Source: an uncultured Verrucomicrobiae bacterium (GTDB taxonomy: Bacteria; Verrucomicrobiota; Verrucomicrobiia; Chthoniobacterales; Chthoniobacteraceae). From it: 64,000 nt of DNA. Position numbers and translations under genes: made by a program. Below the pieces are notes generated by a model that saw only the letters and a program-made list of their open reading frames with translations, did not search any database and was not told the DNA's origin. Numbering within the stretch: the first letter of the stretch is position 1; each line of letters starts with the position of its first letter. This document shows, in pieces, positions 31,327 through 41,866 of this stretch. The DNA lies in NCBI GenBank assembly GCA_963769025.1, contig CAVYKI010000010.1, positions 320,001-384,000 on the forward strand, written 5' to 3'.

Positions 31327-32147
31327 AGCGCGCCGAGCCAGCCGCGCAGCACGAGCCAGAGCTTCGTGAGTTTTCCGAGCGAGTAGCGGCGGTCGAAGAC
31401 GCGCCAGCGGTCGAGGCGCATCTTTTCCAACAGCCGCGAATAGACGGCGCGCATGATTTCCGCGGCGACGAGCGCCTTGCGGTCGGAGGCCGGGCGCGCG
31501 GCTTCGGCGGCGCGGTAGAATTCCTCGGCGCGCACGGATTCAAAATCCATCAGCGCGAGGAATGCCTCGTTGCGGTTGCCGGCCGCGAGATCCTCGCGCG
31601 TGACGCCGAAGCGCATCATGTCCTCCTGCGGGAGGTAAATGCGGCCCTCGTTTGCAAGGTCCTGGCCGACGTCGCGCAGGATGTTCGTGAGTTGGAAGGC
31701 GAGGCCGAGCTTCAGCGCGTATTCGCGCGCGCCGGGATCCTTCGCGCCGAAAATGCCGAGGCTCACGAGCCCGACCACGCTCGCGACACGGTGGCAGTAG
31801 AGTTCGAGTTGCTCCCACGTGAGGTAGCTCGCGCCGTCGAGGTCCATCTCCATCCCGGCGATGATTTCGAGGAAGTGATCCACGGAAAGCGAGCGACGCC
31901 CGATGAGCGCGCGCACCGGCGCGGCGAGCACACTTTCGCCCGGCGTCTCCGCGCACACGGCCTTCCGCCAAGTCGCGAGCGCGGCCTCCTTTTCCGCGCG
32001 CGGCGCGGGCTCGTCCACGATGTCATCCACGAGCCGGCAGAACGCGTAGAACGTGCTCATGTCGCGCCGCCGATCCTTGGGCAGCGCGGCGAAGGCGAGC
32101 GCGAGGTTCGACTTGCTCGCGCGGGTGATTTTCTCTGCTTCCGTCAT
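31323..32147 (-). CDS. Squalene/phytoene synthase family (HpnD/CrtB-like presqualene diphosphate synthase)
   Basis: YAFCRLVDDIVD, GMEMD, YCHRVASVVG and QLTNILRDVGQD...GRIYLP motifs. Confidence 0.9.
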   Translation of the reverse strand: MTEAEKITRASKSNLALAFAALPKDRRRDMSTFYAFCRLVDDIVDEPAPRAEKEAALATWRKAVCAETPGESVLAAPVRALIGRRSLSVDHFLEIIAGMEMDLDGASYLTWEQLELYCHRVASVVGLVSLGIFGAKDPGAREYALKLGLAFQLTNILRDVGQDLANEGRIYLPQEDMMRFGVTREDLAAGNRNEAFLALMDFESVRAEEFYRAAEAARPASDRKALVAAEIMRAVYSRLLEKMRLDRWRVFDRRYSLGKLTKLWLVLRGWLGAL

Positions 32148-32252
32148 GGCAGGGATGTAACGCAGCCAGCCGCAAGGAGGGCAAGCAAAGGCAGGGCGCG
32201 GCAGCCGGGCGACAACCCGATCGTTCCAGTGGGGAGAACCGGGCAGATGAGT

Positions 32253-32279
32253 GGGCGCTTTCGGCGAAAGCGCCCTACC
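32253..32279 (-). repeat. Third copy of the GTAG-type REP palindrome
   Basis: GGGCGCTTTCGGCGAAAGCGCCCTACC, identical to 8383-8409; downstream of nrdJ. Confidence 0.85.
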
Positions 32280-32441
32280 AAATGCGACGCCGCATCCCCT
32301 CGCGAGGACGCGGCGTGCATTGGTTGGGCTGAGCTTTCTCCGGCTGACGCGCGCGTCAGTCAGCGAGGACGGGGCCGGAGCCTTCGTCGCGAATCTGTGT
32401 CTTGTTCTTGTCGCTCATCGGGTGGTTCGGGCGTTTGGAAA

Positions 32442-35400
32442 CTAGCTGCAGCCCTGGCTGGTGCCGCACTCGGTGCAGCAGCCACAGGCGCCGGCGCGGA
32501 TGACTTTGTTGCTGCCGCAGTTTGAGCACGGTGATGTCCATGAACATGTGGCCCAGCGCCGCTTTCAGTTGGTCGGCATGCGTGTTGCCGGGGACCTTGA
32601 TTTGCGGATGCCCGTCGTTGCCGCCGGAGTTTGTGATGATGTCGATCACCCCGGTCTCGCCGGTGCGTTCGAGTTCGGGCACGGGGCGGTTCAGGGATTG
32701 TTTTTCGATGCCGGCCAGTTCCTTGAGCGGCAGTTCGGCCTGCGCCTTGTTCGGCGAGGTGGCCTCCTTGTAGCCCTTGATGAACTGGCAGCCGAGCCAG
32801 CGGAACACGTAGTCGGTGATGCTGCTCGCATTGCGGATGTCGGGGTTCTTCGTGAAACCGCTCGGCTCGAAGCGCGAGTAGGCAAACTTGCTGACCATGC
32901 TCTGGAGCGGCACGCCGTACTGCAGCGCCATCGAGGTGAGCGCGCCGACGGTGTCCATGAGGCCGCCAATGGTGCTGCCTTCCTTTTGCATCTGGATGAA
33001 CAGCTCGCCCGGCTGGCCGTCCTCAAACATGCCGACGGTGATGTAGCCCTCGTGGCCGGCGATGTCGAATTTGTGCGTGAGCGAGACGCGCGTGTCGGAC
33101 ATGCGGCGGCGCACAGGCTGGTCGGCCTGTTTGCGGAGTTCGGTCATCTCGTTCTCAAGGTCGATGATGCGGGTTTCGAGCTGGGCCTTGTCGTTGAGGA
33201 CCGCCTCGACATCGGCGAATGAGCCGTCGCCGCTGGCTGCGCTGGCACTCACATTGTTGCTGCCGTGCTTTTTCTTGTCCGCGGAGAGCGGGGCGCTGCG
33301 CTTCGAGCCGTCGCGGTAAATCGCGATGGCCTTCAGCCCGAGCTGCCAGCCTTCGATGTAGGTGTTCATGATGTCCTCGACGGTCGCGGTCGAGGGCAGG
33401 TTCACCGTCTTGGAGATCGCGCCGCTGAGGAACGGCTGCGCGGCGGCCATCATCTTGATGTGTGCACGGTAGTGGAGGCTGCGCTGGCCTTGATGCGGCT
33501 TGAAGGCGCAGTCGAACACCGTGAGGTGCTCCTCGCGGAGGCCGGATTTCACGACCTGGCCGCTGTCCTCGTCCTGCACGTCCTCGATGGTGTCGTACTT
33601 TTCAATGTGGGCGACGATGCGCTTCGATCTCGTCGGGGGCGTAGCCGAGGCCGCGCAGCGCGGGCTTCACGGTCTGGTTCACGATTTTCAACATGCCGCC
33701 GCCTGCGAGCAGCTTGTATTTCACGAGCGCGATGTCGGGCTCGATGCCCGTGGTGTCGCAATCCATCAGGAAACCGATGGTGCCGGTCGGCGCCAGCACG
33801 GTGACCTGCGCATTGCGGTAGCCATGCTTTTTGCCGAGCGAAAGTGCGGAGTCCCACACGCGGCGCGCTTCGTTTTTCAGCTCGGCGAAGCCGTTGCTCG
33901 CGCCGATCTGTTCGACGCTCTCGCGGTGGAGCTTCATGACTTCGAGCATCGGCTTCACGTTGTCCTTCGCGAGCGGCTTCGGGATGCCGCTGCAGCGCGC
34001 GTCCTTGTAGCCGGGGAACGGCCCCATCGCCTGCGCCATGCGGGCGCTCTGCTCGTAGGCGTGGCCGGTCATGATGGACGTGATGGCGCCGGCGAGCGCG
34101 CGGCCCTCGTCGCTGTCGTAGCCGAGGCCGTAGCTCATGATGAGCGAGCCGAGGTTGGCGTAGCCGAGGCCGAGCGTGCGGAAGATGTGCGAATTCTCGG
34201 CGATTTCCTTGATGGGATAGCTCGCGTTATCGACGACGATTTCCTGTGCGGTGATGAAGATGCGCACGGCGGCCTTGAAGCGCTCCACGTCGAATGCGCC
34301 GTCGGCCTTCTTGAATTTCATCAGGTTCAGCGAGGCGAGATTGCACGCCGTGTCGTCGAGGAAGAGATATTCCGAGCACGGATTGGTGCTGTTCTGGCGG
34401 TCGGTGCCCTTGCAGGTGTGCCACTTGTGAATGGTCGTATCGAACTGCATCCCGGGGTCGCCGCAGACGTAGGTGCCCTCGGCGATCTTGCGGAGCAGCG
34501 TGCGCGCGTCCTTTTTCTCGGCCGGCTTGCCGTCGGTCACGCGCTTCGTCCACCACTCGCGGCCGGCGATGGCGGCGTCCATGAATTCGTCGCTCACACG
34601 CACCGAGAGGTTCTCATTCTGGAACATCACCGAGCCATAGGCGTCGCCATTGAACGAGCCGTCGTAGCCGGCCTCGATGAGCGCCCACGCCTTTTTCTCC
34701 TCCTTGGTCTTGGCCTCGATGAACTCCTCGATGTCGGGATGCCAGTCCTTGAGCGTGTTCATCTTCGCCGCGCGGCGCGTCTTGCCGCCGGACTTCACGA
34801 CGTTCGCGACCTGGTCATAGACCTTCAGGAAGCTGAGCGGTCCGCTCGGGCGTCCGCCGCCGGAGAGTTTCTCGCGCGTCGAGCGCAGCGAGGAAAGGTC
34901 GGTGCCGGTGCCGCTGCCGAACTTGAACAGCATCGCCTCCGAATGCGCGAGGTGCATGATGGACTCCATCGTGTCCTCGACGCGCTGGATGAAGCACGCG
35001 CTGCACTGCGGGTATTCGTACTGCGTGGGGGCGCGGCGCGCGATCTTGGTCTCGCGGTCGATGAAGAAATTTCCCTCCCCGCGCCCGGCACCCGTCCCGT
35101 ATTGCTGGTAGAGCCCGCAGTTGAACCACACGGGCGAATTGAACGCGCCAAACTGATTCACGCACAGCCAGGTGAGTTCGTTGTAAAAAGTGTCCGCCGA
35201 GTCCTTGTCGGCGAAATAGCCGTCCTTCATCCCCCAATCGGTGATGGTGCGCGTGACGCGATGGATGAGCTGCTTGACCGACCGCTCACGGCCGCCCTTG
35301 TAGGGATCGGTGCCCTTCGCGACGTCGCCGTAGAAATACTTCGAGACGGCGATTTTCGTCGCCAGCGCCGACCACGCCCGCGGGAACCTCGATGTCTTCC

Positions 35401-35618
35401 TGCTTGAAGATCGCCTTGCCCGTGTCGTCGGTGATTTCGGCCGTGCGGAGCACCCACTCGACCTGATCAAACGGCGCGACGGCCGGGTCGCTGAAAACCC
35501 GGTCAAATTGGAGACCTTTTGGAGACAAACGGACCGCCGAACGGCGGTTGGACGGAGCGGCGGGACGGACGCTTTTGGAGCGACGGGAGGACATCAGTTT
35601 GGGCGTAGTGGTTGGCAT
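32442..35618 (-). CDS. nrdJ: Vitamin B12-dependent class II ribonucleotide reductase with TSCPD domain and C-terminal Zn ribbon (frameshifts near 35375, 33620 and 32530)
   Basis: FNSPVWFN, PQCSACFI, GGKTRRAA, TNPCSEY, APTGT, GAISKTVN and YRDGSK motifs; C-terminal CSNCG...CTECG..GCS after the last shift. Confidence 0.93.
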
Positions 35619-35694
35619 TGTGAGTAACTTGGTGAGAAGTGTGGGAGCACCCGACCAAGAACCGGTGAATTGCTAGGGGTAAACCTGTGAACAA

Positions 35695-35742
35695 CCACAC
35701 TATCTTGGGCGCGGGGTGAGATGAAACCACAACCAGTAGGGG
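35695..35742. promoter_or_regulatory. Tandem NrdR boxes
   Basis: CCACACTATCTTGGGC (35695) and CCACAACCAGTAGGGG (35727), 32 bp apart, resembling the acaCwAtATaTwGtgt consensus, upstream of nrdJ. Confidence 0.75.
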
Positions 35743-36006
35743 TATCCAAGAAAAAACTACGGCAGTCCGAAGAAAAGATTTCAGGCGTGAATTTATGCTT
35801 GCCAGCAGCCCCATCGGCCGCTCCCCAAGACAAAAAAACGCTTCCAAGACGGGCCCACCGTGGAACCCGCATAAACCGCCCCATTCGCGGGGATCGAGGC
35901 CCGCAAAGCGGCATCATCACACAGTGGAACGCGCGCATGGAAATCCGGTTAATTCCGGTGACGAAAGCCTCGTGCTCGCGACTGCGAAAATCAACCGCTC
36001 CGCCCG

Positions 36007-37216
36007 CTAAATCTTCCATCGCTTGTGCATCCAGATCCACTGCTCGGGATGCCGCAGCAGCGCCCGCTCCAGCGCGGCGTTGAACGCCCGCGCAGTCAGC
36101 CGGATCGCCTCGCTCGTATTCTCGTGTTCGACGACAGGCACCGGGTCCTCGAATCGCAGCACGTGCGTGCCATCCGGCTCGCGCCAGCTCGTGGCGGGAA
36201 TCACCGGCGCCCCCGTATCCATCGCGATGATGGGCAGGCTGCGGAAGGTGTTCGCGGGCTTGCCGAGAAAGTCCGCGACCACGCCCTCGCGCATCGTCGC
36301 GTGCTGGTCGTAGATGAAGACCACGATCCGCTGCTGCGCGAGAAGATCGAGGATCGTGTCGAGCGAACCGCGCTTGGCGATGGTGCCAAATCCCGCTCGA
36401 CGGAACCGCCAGGTCACATACGCGTTCAGCGGCGCCGGCTTCAGCGGCCTGCGCACGAAGTGGAACAGCCCCTTGAACTGCGAAAACTGCCCGATGCCCG
36501 CGACGGTCGCGACCTCCCAATTTCCGAAGTGCCCCGTGAGCAGCAGCACCCCCTTCCCCTGCGCGTGCGCGCGCTAACGCAGCCTCCATGTTCTCCACGC
36601 GAATCATCGCCCTTTTTCGTTTCGCGGACATCCACGGCAGCCGGAAAAATTCGCCGAGGAAACGCGCGAAATGCCCGTAGTAGGCCTGCGCAAGCCGTCG
36701 CAGATTTTCCTCGGAGAGCACATCACCGAAGACGCGCCGCATGTTCGCCATCACGGTGCCTCGCTTGATCGGCAGCAGGTGGTAAAAGAGCTTCCCGAAC
36801 CACGGCACCTCGATCCGTTTCGTCTCCGCGACCGCGACCGCCGATGCGCTTGTGTCCGTGTGCGTCAGCGACAGCCGGATCTCGCTGATGAATGCACGGT
36901 TCATCGCAGTCCGTGCAGCGGGGCTCGCCTCGATGCCCGGCGCGCCGTAGCCGTCCTTGCGGACGGAAAAATCATACGGCTCGATGGTCCCGAGAGCCGT
37001 CTCGCGCGGGAACAGCTTGCAGCACGCCTCCTTCGCCGCAAAACGCGCCGCAAGGCTCGCGGCGCGACCCGGACCTTCGCCGGCATCCGCGAGCTCCTGT
37101 TCGCTGAAAAATCTCCGCAGGTCCGCCGGCGATGTGTCGCGCAAGAGCTTCTCGATCCGCGCGACCTCGACCGTGTCGATCCCGCACCGCGCCGAGGGCG
37201 GCGGCTCCGGATTCAT
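36007..37216 (-). CDS. Fusion of holo-ACP synthase (AcpS) and LpxL/LpxXL-family lipid A acyltransferase (frameshift near 36575)
   Basis: AcpS motifs GIDTVEV.RI, ARFAAKEA and LSLTH are in one open frame with the acyltransferase N-terminus (NMRRVFG); then GHFGNWE, DQH, FLGKPA and PEQWIWMHKRWK. Confidence 0.85.
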
Positions 37217-38499
37217 CACGGCTGCGCCGCGCGGACCACGAGCGCGACATTCATCCCGCCAAAGCCACGGCAAATCACCAGCGCCACGTCGCTGCGCGGC
37301 TTCTGCGCATCGCGCGAGACGGGCAGGCCGGAAAATTCCGGGTCCACGGCATTCAGCGTCGGCACGCCGGGCACCACGCCGTGCCGCAGGGCCTCCAGCG
37401 CGAGGACGAGATCCAAAATCCCCGACGCTGCGAGAAGGTGCCCGACGCACCACTTGAACGCCGTAACAGGCGGCGGATTGCCGCCGAATACCCGCAGAAT
37501 TCCTTTCGCCTCCGAGGCGTCGGATGCGGGCGTGCCGTTGCCGTGCGCGACGATCATGCCGACCTGTGCTGGCGTGATTCCCGCATCCGCCAGTGCGAGC
37601 GCGATGGCGCGCGCGGGACCGTCTCCATCCGGGCGCAAGTCCACGACGCCGGTCCCCTCCGTCACGCAACCGTGGCCGAGAAACTCGCCGAGGATCGCCG
37701 CCTTGCGGGCCTGCGCACCGTCGAATTTTTCCAACATCACCGCTGCGGCGCCCTCGCCGAAAACCGTCCCCGAGCGGTCCCGGTCAAACGGCCGCAGCAC
37801 GTCCGACGAAGCCAGCCCGAGCGTATGGTAGCCGAGCACCGTCTCCGGCTCGATCGGCGTGTCGTGCCCGACCGCGGCGATGCGATCCGCCTCGTCCGCG
37901 CGCAGAGACTCGGCGGCTTCCGCGACGGCGAGCACTCCGCCGGCGCATTGGTTCGTGATGCACGCGTTCGTGCCCTTGAACATGTGCCGGATGCCCACGT
38001 GGCAGAGCACGTTGTTCGGGAGATTTTTCAGCAGCCACATCGGATTCACGGACGCGCCGAGTTCCCCGCCGAACTTCCGCATGTCGCCGCCCGCCTCCGT
38101 CATCAGCGGGAAGTATTCGTAGTTGCTCCTGAAGGTGCCGCCGCCCGAGCCGATCACGAGTCCGCTGCGGTCGTTGAAATGCGGCACCTCCGTCGCGTCG
38201 AGTGTCTCCCGGTAGGCCGGAATGCCGGACGATTTGATCGCCTCGCCGCCCGCGTAGATGCCGAAGAGGTCCGTGCGCGAAATGCTCTTATGCAGCTTGC
38301 GATCCTCGACCAGTTCCTGGTTCTTCACGCCGTTCACGGCTGCGGCCACTTTCACGGGCCAGCGTTCGGCGTCCCATTCCGCGATCGGCGTCACGGCGGA
38401 CTGCCCGTTGAGCACTGCAGCCCAGATTTTCTCCACGGCGAGGCCCGCGCCGCAGACTGCGCCGCTGCCGGTGATGGCGATGCGAGGTGAAGTGCTCAT
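37216..38499 (-). CDS. fabF: Beta-ketoacyl-ACP synthase II-like, divergent copy
   Basis: NQCAGG (catalytic Cys position), PFD..R.GTVFGEGA, AHGNGT, GHLLAASG and GFGG.N motifs. Confidence 0.88.
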   Translation of the reverse strand: MSTSPRIAITGSGAVCGAGLAVEKIWAAVLNGQSAVTPIAEWDAERWPVKVAAAVNGVKNQELVEDRKLHKSISRTDLFGIYAGGEAIKSSGIPAYRETLDATEVPHFNDRSGLVIGSGGGTFRSNYEYFPLMTEAGGDMRKFGGELGASVNPMWLLKNLPNNVLCHVGIRHMFKGTNACITNQCAGGVLAVAEAAESLRADEADRIAAVGHDTPIEPETVLGYHTLGLASSDVLRPFDRDRSGTVFGEGAAAVMLEKFDGAQARKAAILGEFLGHGCVTEGTGVVDLRPDGDGPARAIALALADAGITPAQVGMIVAHGNGTPASDASEAKGILRVFGGNPPPVTAFKWCVGHLLAASGILDLVLALEALRHGVVPGVPTLNAVDPEFSGLPVSRDAQKPRSDVALVICRGFGGMNVALVVRAAQP

Positions 38500-38502
38500 C
38501 CG

Positions 38503-39801
38503 TCAGGCCTCCACGAGATCGGGGTGGCGGAATGCGAGGCAACTGTTCGAGCCTCCAAAGCCGAGCGAATTGGAAAGCGCGGCGCGGATGCGCATCGGGC
38601 GCGACTGGCCGGTCACGAGGTTGATGTTGCTGCACTGAGGGTCGGGCGTCGCGAAGTTTGCGTTCACCGGCGCGATGCCGTCGCGGATCGCGAGCGCGCA
38701 CACCGCCGCCTCGGCCGCGCCGGCGGCGGCGATGAGGTGCCCCATGCAGCTCTTCGTCGAACTCACGGCGACATTTGGAAGATGGTCGCCCATCACCGCG
38801 CCGAGCGCGACGCACTCGCTGCGGTCGTTCATCATCGTCGAGGTGCCGTGCGCATTCACGTAGTCCACGTCCTCGGGGTTCATGCCCGCAAATGCGAGCG
38901 ATTGGCGGATCGCCTGAATGGGCCCGTCGCCATCCGGCGGCGTGTCGGTGATGCGGTAGCAGCTCAGCGAATTCCCGTCGCCCGCGAGCTCTGCATAAAT
39001 TTTCGCGCCGCGCGCGCGCGCCGCGTCCCATTTTTCCAGCACGAGAAATGTCGCGCCCTCGCCGAGCACGAAGCCGTTGCGCGTACCGTCGAACGGCCGG
39101 CTCGCGCGCTGGGGCGTGTCGTTGTCCGTCGAGAGCGCGCCGAGCAGGCAGAAGCCTGAGAGGCCGATCGGGTTCAGCATCGAATCAAAGCCGCCCGCGA
39201 GCATCGCGTCCACATTGCCACGCTGCATGACCTTCAGCGCGGTGCCGAGCGCCTGACCGCCGGACGAACACGCGGTATGCACCGCCGTCGCGTAGCCGCG
39301 GATGCCGAAATTCTTCGTGAGCAGCGCAAGTCCCGCGTTCGTCTGGCTGCGGCAGAACGCGACGGGGTCCGCGGGATAGCCCGGGGAGAGCAATCCGTCG
39401 GGGTGAAATTCACCGTCCGCCGCCGCGTGACGATGCACGCTTTCGAGTTGCTCGTACGTCACGCCCATCATTCCTGCGCCAACGACAAAGCCCCAGCGCT
39501 CGGCAGTCCCCGCGCTCGGCCGGATGCCCGCGTCGGCGAGCGCCTGTTCGGCGGCGTTCAGCGCGAAGCGGTGCGAGCGCGACGCGTACTTCAGCAGCCG
39601 TCGATCCGCGATCGCATTCTCGAAATCGAAGCCCTTCACCTCTGCGCCGATGCGTGTCGTAAAGCCGCTCGCGTCGAAAATCGTGATCGGTCCCGCTCCC
39701 GGCTTTCCGGCACGGAGCGCGTCCCAAGTCGCCGCCGTCGTGTTGCCGACGGGCGTGACCATGCCGATGCCTGTAATCGCGACGCGCACGCGCTGGTTCA
39801 T
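38503..39801 (-). CDS. fabF: Beta-ketoacyl-ACP synthase II
   Basis: TACSSG, NAHGTST, KSCMGHLIAAAG and NSLGFGGSN motifs. Confidence 0.93.
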   Translation of the reverse strand: MNQRVRVAITGIGMVTPVGNTTAATWDALRAGKPGAGPITIFDASGFTTRIGAEVKGFDFENAIADRRLLKYASRSHRFALNAAEQALADAGIRPSAGTAERWGFVVGAGMMGVTYEQLESVHRHAAADGEFHPDGLLSPGYPADPVAFCRSQTNAGLALLTKNFGIRGYATAVHTACSSGGQALGTALKVMQRGNVDAMLAGGFDSMLNPIGLSGFCLLGALSTDNDTPQRASRPFDGTRNGFVLGEGATFLVLEKWDAARARGAKIYAELAGDGNSLSCYRITDTPPDGDGPIQAIRQSLAFAGMNPEDVDYVNAHGTSTMMNDRSECVALGAVMGDHLPNVAVSSTKSCMGHLIAAAGAAEAAVCALAIRDGIAPVNANFATPDPQCSNINLVTGQSRPMRIRAALSNSLGFGGSNSCLAFRHPDLVEA

Positions 39802-40670
39802 GCCGCGGCCTCCGGGGTGAGTTCGACGCGCGCCGCACCGAGCCGGCCCCTTTCGTTCCGCGTCTCGACGGAAATTTTCAACTCCTCGCCCTCATGGCGC
39901 ATCACCTTCGCCTCGAGGCCCAGCAGTTCGCCCGGCGAGATGAAATCGCGCAGCTTCATGTCCACGACCGCACGCGGCACCCACCGCGTGGCAGCACGCA
40001 CGGGCACGCTCGCGGCGAGCGCGGTGACGAGCTTCAGGTTCATATTCATGAGCAGGGTGCCGGGAAACACGGGACGTCTTGGAAAATGGTCGCCGAAGAA
40101 AGCAGCGTCCGCGGGAACCTGCAACTTCGCGCGTGCCTTCATTTGCGGCCCCTCCTCGACCGCCAGCCCCTCGAGCGAAAACACCGGCACGCCCGTGGCC
40201 GCGAACGCGCCCGGCACCGCGCCTTCGCCGCGCAGCAGAGCGAGGCGAGCCCGGAGCAGCTCGGGATCGTCAAATTCACCAATCGGCACCATCGGTCCCA
40301 TGCAGTGATGCAGCCGCAGCACCGGCTCGCCGTTCACCGACGCGCAGCCGCCGTAGGCCACGTCGCTGGTGTCCGCGTTTTCGAGTTCGGCGGAAAGTTC
40401 GAGCGTGTCGCCGGGCCCCACTTCGCGCAGCAGCTCGACGCGGCCCGCAAGCCCCGCGACTGGACGGTGCGAAAAATCAATCTTCGCCATCGCCGCCCAC
40501 GCCGCGAGCTGCCCGGTCGCCTCCGCCACAAGGGACAGCGGAAACGCCGTGTGCGACATCGGAAACTCCGCAAGCCCCGCCGGGATCGCGTAGCTCCCGG
40601 AAATCCGCACGCCCGGCTCGATTGCAGTGATGCGATCGACAAACGAGAATGCGCGGAAATGGTGGTCCAT
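39798..40670 (-). CDS. Double-hotdog FabZ-like 3-hydroxyacyl-ACP dehydratase
   Basis: N-domain FSFVDRI...LVAEATGQ; C-domain FFGDHFPRRPVFPGTLL. Confidence 0.85.
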   Translation of the reverse strand: MDHHFRAFSFVDRITAIEPGVRISGSYAIPAGLAEFPMSHTAFPLSLVAEATGQLAAWAAMAKIDFSHRPVAGLAGRVELLREVGPGDTLELSAELENADTSDVAYGGCASVNGEPVLRLHHCMGPMVPIGEFDDPELLRARLALLRGEGAVPGAFAATGVPVFSLEGLAVEEGPQMKARAKLQVPADAAFFGDHFPRRPVFPGTLLMNMNLKLVTALAASVPVRAATRWVPRAVVDMKLRDFISPGELLGLEAKVMRHEGEELKISVETRNERGRLGAARVELTPEAAA

Positions 40671-40918
40671 CAGTGTGTGCGGTCAGTTAGCCGGAACGAT
40701 GCGGTGCAAATCAACCGCGAAGAATGCGAAGCTCACCTGCCCGGCGCAATCGGCCGCAACCGCGCAAACACTCCGCCCGCCGCTCCCAATGCGGAGATCG
40801 AAACACGCGCACCCACCACCACCACAGACGAGGCCGGCGCCCGCCACGGGCACAGGCACCTTGCCCTCCTCATGGAAAGTGCTACTGGGTGCAATGTCCT
40901 CGCGCCTTTCTCCCTCCG

Positions 40919-41866
40919 GTGATCAGTAAATCTCTTCCTCTTCCTGCGACGGTGGATCGCAGGCACATCTTCTGGACTTACGGCATCACCATCCTCGTGG
41001 GGCATCTGCTCGCCTGCCTTGCTTTCGTGCCGTGGCTGTTCAGTTGGTCGGGGCTGGTTCTGCTGCTCTTGGGGCACATCGTCTTCGGCATGCTCGGCAT
41101 GACGCTCGGCTATCACCGGCTGCTGACCCACCGCGGCTTCACCTGCCCCCGCTGGCTCGAACACACCTTTGCCATTCTCGGTGTCTGCTGTCTGCAGGAC
41201 ACCCCGGCGCACTGGGTGGCCGTCCATCGCATGCACCACCAGCATTCCGACGAGCAGCCCGATCCGCACAGTCCACGGGTCACGGGTTTCTGGAGCCACA
41301 TGGGCTGGTTGTTTGTGAAAAATCGGGGTCACGGCCTCGAGATGCTCGATCGTTACGCCCGGGATCTTTTGCGCGACCGCTTTTACTTCCGGCTGGAACG
41401 CAGCCATTCTTGGATCGGGTATGTGCTGCTGCAATGGGTGATTTATTACGGGGCCGGATTCGCCGTGGGCTGGCTGACCGGGGGTGGCCCGGCGGCAGGC
41501 GTCCAGTTGGGGCTCAGCTGGCTCGTCTGGGGCGTCTTCGTGCGCACGGTCCTCGTCTGGCACATCACTTGGGCGGTCAATTCCGCCAGCCACATCTGGG
41601 GCTATCGCACCTACAAGACGGGGGAAAACAGCCGCAATAATTGGTTCGTGGCGCTGATCAGTTACGGCGAAGGCTGGCACAACAACCACCACGCCGAGCC
41701 GCGCTCCGCCGCCCACGGCCATCGCTGGTGGGAATTCGACATGACTTACGCGACGATCCGGCTTCTGCGCCTTCTTGGGCTGGCACGGAACGTCATCGAA
41801 CCCACAGGTCGGAGGCGTCCTTCCGTGAACGAAAGCAAAAGCAGTGAGATGGCAGACACGGACTGA
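40919..41866 (+). CDS. Membrane fatty-acid desaturase (delta-9/DesC-like)
   Basis: Three His boxes: HRLLTH, HRMHH and GEGWHNNHH; start approximate. Confidence 0.92.
   Translation: MISKSLPLPATVDRRHIFWTYGITILVGHLLACLAFVPWLFSWSGLVLLLLGHIVFGMLGMTLGYHRLLTHRGFTCPRWLEHTFAILGVCCLQDTPAHWVAVHRMHHQHSDEQPDPHSPRVTGFWSHMGWLFVKNRGHGLEMLDRYARDLLRDRFYFRLERSHSWIGYVLLQWVIYYGAGFAVGWLTGGGPAAGVQLGLSWLVWGVFVRTVLVWHITWAVNSASHIWGYRTYKTGENSRNNWFVALISYGEGWHNNHHAEPRSAAHGHRWWEFDMTYATIRLLRLLGLARNVIEPTGRRRPSVNESKSSEMADTD

Noticed and set aside
32356..32418. 20-aa ORF (MSDKNKTQIRDEGSGPVLAD) after nrdJ
   Set aside because: Too short to support; it appears in the ORF track only as the tail of the frameshifted nrdJ frame
29308..35407. 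Long antisense ORFs (e.g. 29308..31218 -, 30963..32525 +, 33500..35407 +)
   Set aside because: Shadow frames of real high-GC genes on the opposite strand
32442..35618. Intein or intron in nrdJ
   Set aside because: The breaks are single-base shifts; I saw no splicing motifs or homing endonuclease, and the length fits NrdJ plus TSCPD
35619..36006. Cobalamin riboswitch upstream of nrdJ
   Set aside because: No recognisable B12-box elements by eye; NrdR boxes explain the region
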